The position numbers and the translations under genes were made by a program. A stretch of 64,000 nt of DNA from Octopus sinensis (taxonomy: Eukaryota). Under the pieces are notes generated by a model that did no database searches, was not told the DNA's origin, and was given only the letters and a program-made list of their open reading frames with translations. Shown here piece by piece: positions 39,329-52,123 of the stretch. Location of the stretch: assembly GCF_006345805.1 (NCBI RefSeq), contig NC_043001.1, positions 68,448,001 to 68,512,000 on the forward strand, written 5' to 3'. Position 1 is the first letter of the stretch, and each line of letters begins with the position of its first letter.

Positions 39329-40557
39329 ATTTCACAGTAGTGCACAAAGTCAGAAATCTACGTCGCAATGGTTAATCGGTTAGTGTACTTGTCTTAGATT
39401 TATCGCGCGCAGAAGACTAAAAGGTACGCACTCACACACAAACGTAGGAAAACAGAATACAAAAAGAAAATAAACAAACTACCCTGGCAGAACATATTTA
39501 GTCGGACACAAATCAACGGCCATTTTATCGAGCGTTCTTGGAGTCCGCCTGTTTACGTGTTTTTAGATTTTTAGCTAGCCATAATTTGTAGCATGAGTAA
39601 TACTGCACAAATTCTTTGTGATGATGAGCTAATTTATGAAATTTACAGTCTCAGCACTTAACAGGTAATTATCTTATTGTCGCTTCCTACAAATCGAGAA
39701 ATATAATGTTAATCTTATTTGGTTTCGACCTCAGGACATAAACGTCCATAAATGAATTACTGCGAGTAATTTTGTCATACACTTTACTCTGATTCTGCCT
39801 GCTTACATCATTTGACTTTTTTTTAGAAAATCTTCGTATTTCCGGTAAGAGACACCAACAAAACTCTCCTCAGCAAGATTTGAATATAAATCTTAAAAAG
39901 CGTAACTGAATATCAAATCAGTACTTCTACAGAGTTTTCCATGCTCGAAACAACAACAACAACAACAGCAACAGCAGCAGCAGCAGCAGCAGCAATACTA
40001 ACGGAGAAAGACAAGTCGTAAAATTGGTTAGAAACGCAGGTCTGAAGGCTGACAATGAAATGTATTGATAGCGGCACAGGATCAAAGCCTCCTAATCGAG
40101 AACCACAATAAGCATATAATAAAGCAGCACACAGTAAACGCTGAATATGTGCAGTTGATTCCATTATCTTTGATTGCTCTCTTTGCTAAGGAAATATGCA
40201 TTCAAAGGTATGGCACAGTTGGGACTAATAGAAACTGGAAATTACGTCAGAATTAAGAATTATAAGAAGTAAGATGGTATAAGTATACACGAAAAAGGTT
40301 TCCGGGAATTACAAAGCAAACATACTTGGGCATATGTCACAATACACACAGACAGTGAAATCAAGGTTAACTGGCCGGATACATATATGTGTATGTATAC
40401 ATATATATATATTATATTAAATTAGAGATAAAACCACTATTAGGCAAATCAAACAGTGAAAAACATAAGCCTATACATAAAATTAATTTAAAAATATAAA
40501 GTTAAAATTTTAAAATTATTTAAATAATTTAAACTTATAAATTTGAAATATATATAT

Positions 40558-40654
<97 letters not shown>

Positions 40655-40832
40655 ATTTTTACATTTATATATTATTTTGTTTATTAATTAATTAATTAAT
40701 TAATTAATTTTTTTATTATATAAATATCAAAAGTATTAAAAGTTTAATAAAAGATATATATATATATATATATATATATGCATATATATATATATATGCA
40801 TATATATATATATATATATATGCATATATATA

Positions 40833-41493
<661 letters not shown>

Positions 41494-41520
41494 TATATAT
41501 ATATTATATATATATATATA

Positions 41521-41922
41521 GGCGCAGGAGTGGCTGTGTGGTAAGTAGCTTGTTTACCAGCCACATGGTTCCGGGTTCAGTCCCACTGCGTGGCACCTTG
41601 GGCAAGTGCCTTCTACTATAGCATCGGGCCGACCAAAACCTTGTGAGTGGATTTGGTAGACAGAAACTGAAAGAAGCCCGTCGTATATATGTATATATAT
41701 GTATGTGCGTGTATGTTTGTGTGTCTGTGTTTGTCCCCCTAGCATTGCTTGACAACCGATGCTGGTGTGTTTACGTCCCCGTCACTTAGCGGTTCGGCAT
41801 AAGAGACCGATAGAATAAGTACTGGGCTTACAAAGAATAAGTCCCGGGGTCGATCTCCTTGACTAAAGGCGGTGCTCCAGCATGGCCGCAGTCAAATGAG
41901 TGAAACAAGTAAAAGAGTAAAG

Positions 41923-41925
<3 letters not shown>
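41521..41925 (+). mobile_element. SINE family A, full length
   Basis: A/B boxes and tail as in 19358-19764. Confidence 0.92.
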
Positions 41926-41953
<28 letters not shown>

Positions 41954-41954
<1 letters not shown>

Positions 41955-42353
41955 CTCTTTTACTCTTTTACTTGTTTCAGTCATTTGACTGCGGCCATGC
42001 TGGAACACCGCCTTTAGTCGAGCAAATCGACCCCGGGACTTATTCTTTGTAAGCCCAGTACTTATTCTCTTTTGCCGAACCGCTAAGTGACGGGGACGTA
42101 AACACACCAGCATCAGTTATCAAGCAATGCTAGAGGGACAAACACAGACACACAAACATATACACACACATACATATATATACATATATACGACAGGCTT
42201 CTTTCAGTTTTCGTCTATCAAATCCACTCACAAGGCTTTGGTCGGCCCGAGGCTATAGCAGAAGACATTTGCCTAAGATGCCACGCAGTGGGACTGAACC
42301 CGGAACCATGTGGTTGGTTAGCAAGCTACTTACCACACAGCCACTCCTGCGCC
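41954..42353 (-). mobile_element. SINE family A, full length, tail-to-tail with the previous copy
   Basis: Reverse complement of the family consensus. Confidence 0.92.
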
Positions 42354-42464
42354 TATATATATATATATATATGTATATATGTGTGTGTATGTATATATAT
42401 AATACACTCACATATACACACAGGCACGCAGTCACACACACACACACACACATATATATATACA

Positions 42465-43119
42465 TGCCCTTAATATAAACAAATATATTTAAAGGGAATA
42501 ATTAATAAATTTTTTCCCTTATGAGATTTTTCACGCTAACTACTTGATAATTTCTTATAAACATTGTATCCTATTTTTAAATTGTAAATTTAACCGGAAT
42601 ATATTCAGTGCTGAATTTTATTCTAAATAAACACGTGTACCGAGATGCAATTCGAAAAGCCCGACTCTTACATAGATGTAGAAGTGTGAACAATTCTATG
42701 TACTATGCTGGATACATTTGGTGTTCGTCTGATATGTTGATTTTTTGTTCATTTTTATGTGTCTTGATTATGCATGCACTGACGATTAATTAGTGCATTT
42801 TGTGCACTAAGTATAAAATCATATGATCTGCCGCTGAATCTGTTTTTAAAAGGCTCGCTTCGAGAGATGCATTCCCTCGCGTTCGGTACAATGTGTTTAA
42901 TATGGTAGTTTTGACTTTAAGACACCCTCCTAGCGTGAGGCATTTATGTATAGTAATGCACTTAATATAAATAAATATATTTAAAGGGAATAATTAATAA
43001 ATTTTACCCTTATGAGACATTTCACGCTAACTACTTGATAATTTCTTATAGAGATTTCATCCTATTTTAAAAATGTACATTAAATGTACATTTTTAAAAT
43101 AGGATGAAATCTCTATAAG
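42465..43119 (+). mobile_element. PLE-type unit (~1.25 tandem copies) with decayed hammerhead and terminal perfect hairpin
   Basis: 42465-42595 recurs at 42957-43080. HHR remnant 42776-42831: GCA-CUGACGA...AAAA(for GAAA)-UCAUAUGA-UC-UGC. Perfect 37-bp inverted arms 43045-43081 and 43083-43119. Confidence 0.7.
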
Positions 43120-43308
43120 TAGGAATACGTTTATATATATTCATAAATGCATACATACATGTGTTCGTGCGTGTATATATATATATATATAAAGTTAATC
43201 CAAACAAGAAAACACAGAAAAAAAGAGAAAAAAAAGGGGGGGAGCACAGCAACGCAGGACGTGGAACAATTAAAGTATTATTGACGCTCAGGAAAGAAGG
43301 GAAGGAGG

Positions 43309-43343
43309 GTTTAACGTTTCGAGCGAAGCTCTTCGTCGGAAAC
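43309..43343 (-). ncRNA. Minimal type I hammerhead in a ~240-bp element (43190-43425) between (TA)n tracts
   Basis: GUUU-CCGACGA-A-GAGCUUCGCUC-GAAA-CG-UU-AAAC. Palindromic AACGUU stem III, typical of PLE minimal hammerheads. Confidence 0.7.
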
Positions 43344-43422
43344 AAAGAGAAGGAAAGATCCCAAACAGGGAAGACAGAGGAGACAATATTTGAGCTGGTG
43401 GTGCTTAAGAGATCACATGTTG

Positions 43423-43463
<41 letters not shown>

Positions 43464-43495
43464 ATATATATGAAATATATATATATATATATATA

Positions 43496-43531
<36 letters not shown>

Positions 43532-43799
43532 TGAGAGAGAGAGAGAGAGAGTGAGGTGTGTATATACATGAATGTGTGTGTGTGTGACTTCAAACAGAAA
43601 AAAAAACAACGAATAAAAGAAATACTGAAACAATAGTTTTAATAACGTAAAAAAATTTAAAAAAAGGAAATAAAAAAAAATCTGAGGAAAATTTAATTGA
43701 AATTTTCAATTAAACCATGAAATGGATTTATGGGGAAATTATTATTATGAGAAGAAGAAAAAACTATACAAAACTGAAAGAATGAATGTCTCAAATCTA

Positions 43800-44450
43800 C
43801 ACTTACTACATCTATCGAGTGTGCATATAGCCTAGACTTATTGAGCTCCTTCTAAAATATGAATCTATTGAGTGTATATATATACAAATCTGTTTAGTGC
43901 GTATGTAGCATGATCTTTTTGATGTGTTCACAATGTGAACATATTTCGTGTGTGTATACACACGAAATATTGATGTGTGTTTAAAATAGAAATCTATAGA
44001 GTGTTATGATATGCTTCTATTTCCTATTTATTGAGGTGTGTGTACTATAACTCTATCCAATGTGTATTATTGAAGTGTATATGATACAAGTGCATTGGGT
44101 TTGTATATATATTCAGGATTACTGAGTGTATAATATGAATCTATTGAGTGTGTGTATATAGTTTAGAGTTTTCGATATATGCATAATATGAATGTACTGA
44201 ATGTGTATATTGTATAGATTTATTGGCTGTGTGTATATTACAAGTAGACTGAATGTGTATAAAATCTAGACATGTTCATGTGTATATATAGTCTGGGTTT
44301 ACCAAGGTGTGTATATGAAACTACTGAGGCAGTGTATATAATATGAATTTGATGAGTGCGATTTTAAGAGATATTTATTTTGTGTTATATATGAGTATTG
44401 AGTGAGCTTATGATAAGAATGTGGTAAGTGAACGGTATGAACTTATTGGA
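43800..44450. repeat. Degenerate minisatellite (~30-35-bp unit)
   Basis: Recurrent TATGAATCTATTGAGTGTGTATA-like motif. Confidence 0.6.
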
Positions 44451-45420
44451 TGAGTAAGGATCAAAGCAGAAGCGTTGAAGTCGCTATCTCTGCCAAATGA
44501 TATTAGGTATTATCCGCGAATGCTACCAAACATTTCGAAGCCGAGTTGAAAGGTAACGATATCCAGAATCTCAACAGATACCAGCCGATCCTCAACCTGG
44601 AGACAGAAAAAGAGGCGAATGCCTGCCTCTAAGGACAACACTGACTATCACTGAACTCTGAAGGATTTTCTTCAACTAAAGAACTTACTGAAAAATTATG
44701 AAAAAGTTTATTATTTTCATATTCTTTTCCTACAAAACACTGACCATGGGCCAAAAAACCCTCACCCATGTATGGAAGGTGCGAATGAGTACGTTTATAG
44801 AGAGACCACTCGAGAAATATGTAAGCATCGTTCTAGAAACATGGGATAATCACCATATCAACACCAAAGAGCGAGAAGTAACAAAATATCTCTCAGATAA
44901 CATCCTATTACCTAAAATAAAAATAAGGATGACTGGAGGATATGATTTCCAGATGTAATGTGTTTAAAATAAAACATGGAATGGTCATTGTTAGAATGTT
45001 CATTGTTGATAATAGGGTTGAGTCCATCAATCCATGCTGCGACTATAACTAATGCTAGTTAGCAATAAAAGCACAAGGGAGGACCACATAGAATTTTACA
45101 GAAAGCGTAAAGTAATTTAAACACTTCTAGAACTGGTCAGCTACCATTTTATTGAATCCGAATACTGAACGTTAATAGCTGCAACCATCGCAAGGCAATT
45201 TCTCTGTCATTGCCTTTCTAGAGAAATAACCTATTTCATTATGCTAGGACTTGTTGGGGATGTAAAATACGAAATAAAAATGATGCTTTAAGTGTTAAAT
45301 TTTTCTCCTTTTTCGTATAAAATTTTACCGGATTGGTATTCACTGGTAATTATATAAAGATAATCCTAACGGAGTTTCCTATGAGAAAGACTATAGAATC
45401 TTATATAGAAAGGTTTATAT

Positions 45421-45555
45421 AGGCACAGGCGTGCTTGTGCTGTAAGAAGCTTGTTTCCCAACCACATAGCTCCGGTTTCCGTGCCACTGGGTAATACTTT
45501 GGGCAATTACCTTGGCCGCAGTCTTATGATTGAAACAAGTAAAATATGAAAGATA
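45421..45555 (+). mobile_element. SINE family A, internally deleted and diverged
   Basis: Head GGCACAGGCGTGCTTGTGCTGTAAGAAGCTTG joined to tail TGGCCGCAGTC..ATGATTGAAACAAGTAAAA. Confidence 0.6.
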
Positions 45556-45579
45556 GAAGAAAGGGTCAAAGCATAAATT

Positions 45580-45995
45580 ACCAAAACAGAATTGCAGATA
45601 CGAAGGTTCTCTGGTATATCAGTGCACTTAGCTTGTTTGCTTCACTCAAGCAAATCCACCTACCTTGGGTTGGACATGTGAGAATTCCTAGATTTTGACA
45701 ACCAAGAACATTCATCTATGAAATGGAGGGCGCAGTGTTGGCATACTATGTAAAAGATCCAATGATGCTTTGAAATCAGCAATAAAAGACTACCGGATTA
45801 ATCCAAACACATGGAAGTAAATTTATCGATGCACCTACTGGCTTCAGGACGTTTGGTTCTTTCAGAATCTCTGTCTAGCAGAGTATGCAAAATAGAAGCT
45901 GGTAAATCATACCTTAACGATCTCGATAGAAGTGAACACCAATGTAACGCCTGCGAGAAATACTTCTCTAATACAATAGGCCTTCTCAGACATTT
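45580..45995 (+). mobile_element. Degenerate RTE LINE 3' fragment
   Basis: DALKSAIKDYRINPNTWK and C-terminal finger HQCNACEKYFSNTIGLLRH. Confidence 0.6.
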
Positions 45996-48030
45996 TTGCC
46001 TTTCTTTCTTTCTTTCTTCCTTTCTTCTTTTCCTTTTTTCTTTCTTTTTATTCTTCCTTTCTTCCTTTCTTCTTTCTTTTTTCTTCTTTCTTTCTTTCCC
46101 TTATTTCTTCTTCCTTCTTACTCCATTTTCACGTTCTTTTTACTTTGTTCCTTCCTTCTTTGCTTTCATTTTCTTCCTTCTTACCTTTCTTGCTTTTCTT
46201 CCTTTCTAAATGTTCTTTTTTGTTTGTTTGTTTTCTTTCTCTTTTTCTTTCGGTAGCTTGATGAATTGACTTAGCACTCACTTTCTTCTCCTCAAATATT
46301 TTGGAATTCTAAATTTCTAATACAGTACAACCTGATCCGTTTATTTTCTAAAATTTATTGCATGAAATGTCCAAATTTTCGTGGCGTAACTGTAACTTGG
46401 ACACTGATTCGTTTCCATAGCTTCTCAAAATTGTTTAAAGGAAAGTGGAAAATATATGGCGGATATCTGTTAAGTTAGATATCTTCTTATTTCTGTCAAT
46501 GGAACTGTACGAAATATTGTGCACATAGAGCAAAGCAACGTAAGGGAAAAGAAGTTGTTACGGTACTCCGCAGAAAATATACAATAATTGTTAATCTCAT
46601 ACAATGTTTGTCAGAATTTCATTGATTTTTTCAATCTTGAACGGTTTGAAATCTGCTTAAAGATAGCAAGTTGAACTAACTCTTCCTAAAGATAGAGATT
46701 TGAGATCTTCCTAAAGACAGTGTAGGAAAAATGAATCAATATACATAACTTATGCCTGCTTTTTCAAATATAACTCTACGGGATTTCGTGAGTACATGAA
46801 ATCTAATATGAAAAGTCATGCATAATTTTAGAGGCTATTAGTGAAGTTAAAGCTTCTGTACATAAGACGGATTCAAGTTAGGGTGTATTATTAAGAAAAG
46901 CATCGTGTAGCTTAGATCTGCAAGCAGAGAGTGTTATTGTCGAAAACTGACAAATTATTAATGTCATCTCACGGTTGGCAATAGCAAGTTTTAGCAATAT
47001 TTTGTTGGTAATATAAAGATATGCTTTTAAAAAATAAAAGTAACAAAACATAAATGCATAGCCACAAGTTTATGTGATATATGGAGGTGTCTTTTGATGC
47101 ATAATTTATTACCGGGAAATCATAGCACAAGAAAATGTATTTTAATGATAAATAAAGTGTTCCAAGAGGACACGACATTCGACAGTAGGCTATTCATTCC
47201 TACACAACATACATGTACATATATTTTTTGATACAGGCATATATAAGTAATAACTTTACGCGTGCGTTTTATATATATATATATATATATGTTTGTGTGT
47301 ATGTGTGTGTGTATAAAGTCATAAATGATAGAGAAATAGTTTGATGACGTTTCATTTAACAATAACAAAATTCTAATATCACAACAAATTATTTCGTAAC
47401 TTAAAAACATATAAATAATTTATATGATTATATTTAATAATAAATAAATTACATACAAGCCTGCATTTATGCAAAATGCAAAAATTCATTCAAAATAATG
47501 CAGAATTTAAGCTACGTTCTCAGGTCATTTATGGCTTTATACACTCCTTATTGTTTTTTCTTGTATCGTACTCTGTATTCTATAAGTATGTATGTATGTA
47601 TGTATGTATGTATGTATGTATGTATGTATGTATGTATGCATGCATGCATTAATGTATGTATGTATGTATGCATGTATGGATGTATGTATGTATGTACGTA
47701 TGCATGCATAAACATATTTTCCTTTATACTCTTGTTCTTTTATGCGTTTCAGCAAGAAGGCCGCGGCCGTGCTGGGGCACATATTTACCTACAAATAATA
47801 CCCGATATAAATGTTGGCTGGCTGGGTGGCTGGCTGGGTGGCTGGCTGGTTGCTTTATTACTTTTGTCACGTTTTAAGTCGTATATAAAGAATGAAAATG
47901 AGAAAAGTAAAAGAGAGTATAGAGGTAAGGGAAGCGTGTTTACACTACGCTTGGTGGCAGGCAATGAGTAAAAGAACGCAATACGTAAACAGAAGCAGAA
48001 AGAGAGAGAGAGAGAGAGAGAGAGGGAGGA

Positions 48031-48064
<34 letters not shown>

Positions 48065-48559
48065 AGAGAGAGAGAGAGAGAGAAATGACAGATTAGCAAT
48101 GGAAGAAGTTATACATATAATAAATTTCTTGTATTTGATTTCATTTTAAATTGATAACTAGTTTTATTATAAAATCAGTATTCACTTCACCATGTTTGTA
48201 TAAGCACCGAGCTAAATTCTCTCAGATAGAGTACAGTGCTGGGTAGTTGCTAGATCATGTGATTTCAGTTTACAATACACAGAATTTAAATATCTCTAAT
48301 ATACAATAGTCAAACAAGCTTGTATAGCTTCCCGTGCATTATCAGAAAATTATTCAGGTTCAAAATAGAATATAACAGCTCTGTCAGCCTGAATGATTGC
48401 CGATGCTACACAACATACCATACAAGTTCGTCCGACTATTGTATTGCCAGAGACATGAACTCTATTGTGGCTCGTTTACAAGTCCTATTTATATCAAATG
48501 ACATCTTTCACTGGATATATATATATTTATATGGGTTTGTAACGGGGTGATTGTTCCAC

Positions 48560-48960
48560 GACGGCAATTACAATTAGGTGAATTTTGCAGAAGATTTAAC
48601 GCAATTTAAAAATGCATTGTCCTTAATCTATTACATAACTCTACAGCCATATACATAGGATCAACCAAAAGTTTTAAGCAACGATATGCCGCTCACCTCC
48701 ATTATTTTAGATACGATAAACATAGTAAATCTACAACACTCGCCAACCACATACATCATCTCAAAAATACAAATATACCTTATACTCTATCACGGTCCAT
48801 ACTGGACTCTGGGTTTCCCTACCGAGGTCAACGCACAACCTGCCAACCTCGCCTGAAGGAGGCACTTCACGTATTAAAGCACAACTCTCCAGCACTGCTA
48901 AATAAACATAACGAGGCAATAAGCACATGCAACCACTGCTTTTTCACACGTTCAAATTCT
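48560..48960 (+). mobile_element. Penelope-like GIY-YIG endonuclease remnant
   Basis: AIYIGSTKSFKQRYAAHLHYFRYDKHSKSTTLANHIHHLK...CQPRLKEALHVL...LLNKHNEAISTCNH. Confidence 0.8.
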
Positions 48961-49326
48961 AGCACAAATCCAAATGCCTAAACAACCATACAGTACATTT
49001 CCACAATACCCCTTAGGTAATCCCAATAACCTTATAAACCTACATTTTAACTCCCAATCCCTATCTAATTCCTCACTTATACTCGAATATCACAATCATC
49101 TAATTATATTCGTGTGTATGTGCATCCATGCATATGTGCGTATATATGTATATGTGTGTGTGCGTGTATGTACGTGTCTATGTGTGAATGTACGTATGTA
49201 TGCAAGGTATATACACTGCGTGTACAGGGGCGATAATACATGCAGATGCACGTATATATGGATGCGCATGTGTGCATATGCATACGAATAAGAGTTGTAT
49301 ATGTAGATATTGATATGTATATATAA

Positions 49327-49376
<50 letters not shown>

Positions 49377-49964
49377 GTCTAATATATGCATATGTATACA
49401 TCTTCACATATATATATTATTCTACTACTAAGCACTGACCTGTCCTACCACCCAAATTCCTAAATTCTTCATTCCATACTACTACCCCCTCTCCTCCCCA
49501 TTACTTAGACTCTATCTCTGCACAATTGACACTCCTTTACTTTTTATACCTCTCTCTCTCTATCACCCCCATTCCTTCTATCCCTTTGTTAGCCTTATCT
49601 TCCCATTCCTACTTTGAAATTATCTCGACTGACCACTAACTGGTACACTTCTCCCTTACTATCTCTTCCTTGTTTTTCCTTTTTCTTTTTCCTTTCTTTT
49701 CTTTATTCCTCTCTTCCTGTTTTTGTCGTCTTTTTTTATTTTTTATTATTTTATAATTTTTCATATTTTCTTCTCGTTCATTTCTCTTTTTTCGCTTTCT
49801 TTATTCCTCTTTTCTTGTTTCGATTTGACCTTACTAATACATTCCTTACTTTTAGGTCTCTTTAAATAACACTGGAGTTTAACTATAGTCTATTCATAGC
49901 ACTTATTCAGCATTACCTGACACCTTTGGGTCTCACTGACACCACTACCTCTCATAACCTCTCA

Positions 49965-50048
<84 letters not shown>

Positions 50049-50077
50049 CATATATGCATCATGCAAAAATACATAGT

Positions 50078-50909
50078 AACGAAGCTAAAAGACGCAGAGT
50101 GAATCTGCTTGGCACACATTGACCTTAAACTCTGTTTTGCGTGCCACTGAGGCTTTACGTTCTAGCTTACTTCCGCTGTTTACAGCAGTGCTTGGAAGGT
50201 GTTTAGTGTGTGACCGTCGCATTGACCATGACAAAAAGTTGAGCAGAGAATCTGGATCAAATTTTGCCAAAATTTTGGCGATGCCTGCTCGGAGGCCTAC
50301 GCAAAGTTTCCAAAAAGTTTTGACTGTTCTCGACAAAATCAAGGAGTTCTTGTGGGACTGAAACCCCAGTGTCTTTTTGATCAACTAAAAGCAGTGTTGA
50401 CACAAACTTGGCAGACATTTGTCTTATACCCAAATCTGCAGTGATAATGGACTGAGCTGAACTGTAACTAATCTGCACATCCTCTGATAACTCACGGATG
50501 GTGATTTGACGATTTCCCCTCACAGCTGCACGCGCATCTGCGATGTTTTTTCAGCTCTGCTGGTTGTGGGTTTTCCAGAACGTTAGTCAATATCGACCTT
50601 TTTTCGGGCAGCTTGGAATCGTCTGAACTACTCGTGCACTTGTGTGCGGCTCATACACACCTCTCCATCCACTTACTGCAACTTCGTTTAGGCTTCGCCA
50701 TGACAAATTTCTCTGTCATGGTATGCAACGATCACAGGCTACACATCTTCCTTCCAAGCACTGCTGTAAACAGCGGAAGTGAGTAAAATGTTAAAACTTA
50801 ATGTGCATGTACAGCAGTCTTCAAGGCCAAGTTTTGCTAAGCGGGTTTACTCTGAGTGCTTTAGCTTCGTTGCTTGGCAATGATCTAGATATTTATTGAT
50901 CAGACCTCG
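50078..50909. mobile_element. Palindromic mariner derivative built from two 5' ends
   Basis: Inverted subterminal arms 50078-50200 and 50748-50872. Plus strand EQRIWIKFCQNFGD..SEAYAK at ~50240; minus strand NRQITIRELSEDVQIS..SAQSIITADLG..SAKFV. TIR ...TTGATCAGACCTCG|TA at the right end. Confidence 0.75.
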
Positions 50910-50947
<38 letters not shown>

Positions 50948-50962
50948 ATTATATATATATGT

Positions 50963-51255
50963 GTGAATTGAAGAAATGGAGCTGAACGCAGATTGAACAG
51001 AAATCGTTTATTTCATTCTACACGTGTTTCGGTAGAATGAAATAAACGATTTCTGTTCAATCTGCGTTCAGCTCCATTTCTTCAATTCACCAATAATGTT
51101 TTAATTTCAATTATCCGCACCAACGCACGGTTGCAACGCCAGATGGTTGTACCTCCAACCGTGCTGTTTACTGCTGTGATTTTTGCTACTAAGGTATCGG
51201 TTAAACTTTTGATTAATCTACTACAAGATTATTCATCTCTCTATTTCACATAAAT
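50963..51255. mobile_element. PLE-type fragment with perfect 59-bp fold-back and hammerhead 3' half
   Basis: Arms 50963-51021 and 51032-51090 are perfect. Minus strand across the loop reads CCGAAACACGUGUA-GAAUG. (TA)n on both flanks. Confidence 0.7.
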
Positions 51256-51263
51256 TATATATA

Positions 51264-51327
<64 letters not shown>

Positions 51328-51407
51328 GCGTACACACATGTATATATGTATATACACACATGAATATATAAATACTTATATGTTTTATACATACGCATAT
51401 ATTTATA

Positions 51408-51445
<38 letters not shown>

Positions 51446-51843
51446 TGTATATACTCACACACATACCTGTATAAATATACATATATATATATAAACACAC
51501 ACATATGTGTGTGTGTGCGTGTATGTGTATATAAATATATATGCTTTTGTATGTATATATGCAAATCATGTAAATCCTAGTGAAAATGTATAAATGTAAA
51601 CCTAATTTTCTTAAATTAATGTAAGGTAAAATATTATATCGTCTTTTAATCAGGAAGGAAAAAAATACTCATGATGGTTTACAAGGCTTCTGAGACTGGT
51701 GGGAGAGAAATTCGAAAGGAAAAAATAGCTTTAACCGAAACATGGCCCCAACATTTGCAGCAGGGCAGATCAATGTTGACTCCACTCAAATGAGCCAAGA
51801 TGACAAGCATCATGTATCATGTATATATATATATATATATATA

Positions 51844-51898
<55 letters not shown>

Positions 51899-52067
51899 CC
51901 TGAAATATATGTGACACTTAAATGTGGCTAACCCTTAAGGGTGGATGCTTCTGTAGCTTGTAGCCCCAGGAGGACACCTTCTCCATCTGGCTATTGACAC
52001 ACTTTCTGTTCCCTACCAGTTTTTGCAAAGGGAAGCCATCCTTCCCATCTTCAACCTATATGATACA

Positions 52068-52108
52068 CACGGACACGAGTTTCTGGGTATTGACCCGTCA
52101 TCAGCGTG
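52068..52108 (-). ncRNA. Type I hammerhead motif in a ~357-bp tandem unit (51915-52123 + 53821-54000)
   Basis: CACG-CUGAUGA-CGGGUCAAUACCCA-GAAA-CUCGUG-UC-CGUG, with one mismatch each in stems II and III. The unit start CACTTAAATGTG.CTAACCCTTAAG recurs at 51915 and 53969. Confidence 0.75.
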
Positions 52109-52123
52109 GGACAATCACCGGTT

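Noticed and set aside
39340-40380. Repeat-poor stretch as possible exon or regulatory region
   Set aside because: No recognisable ORF, splice pattern or motif; cannot be supported without conservation or expression data.
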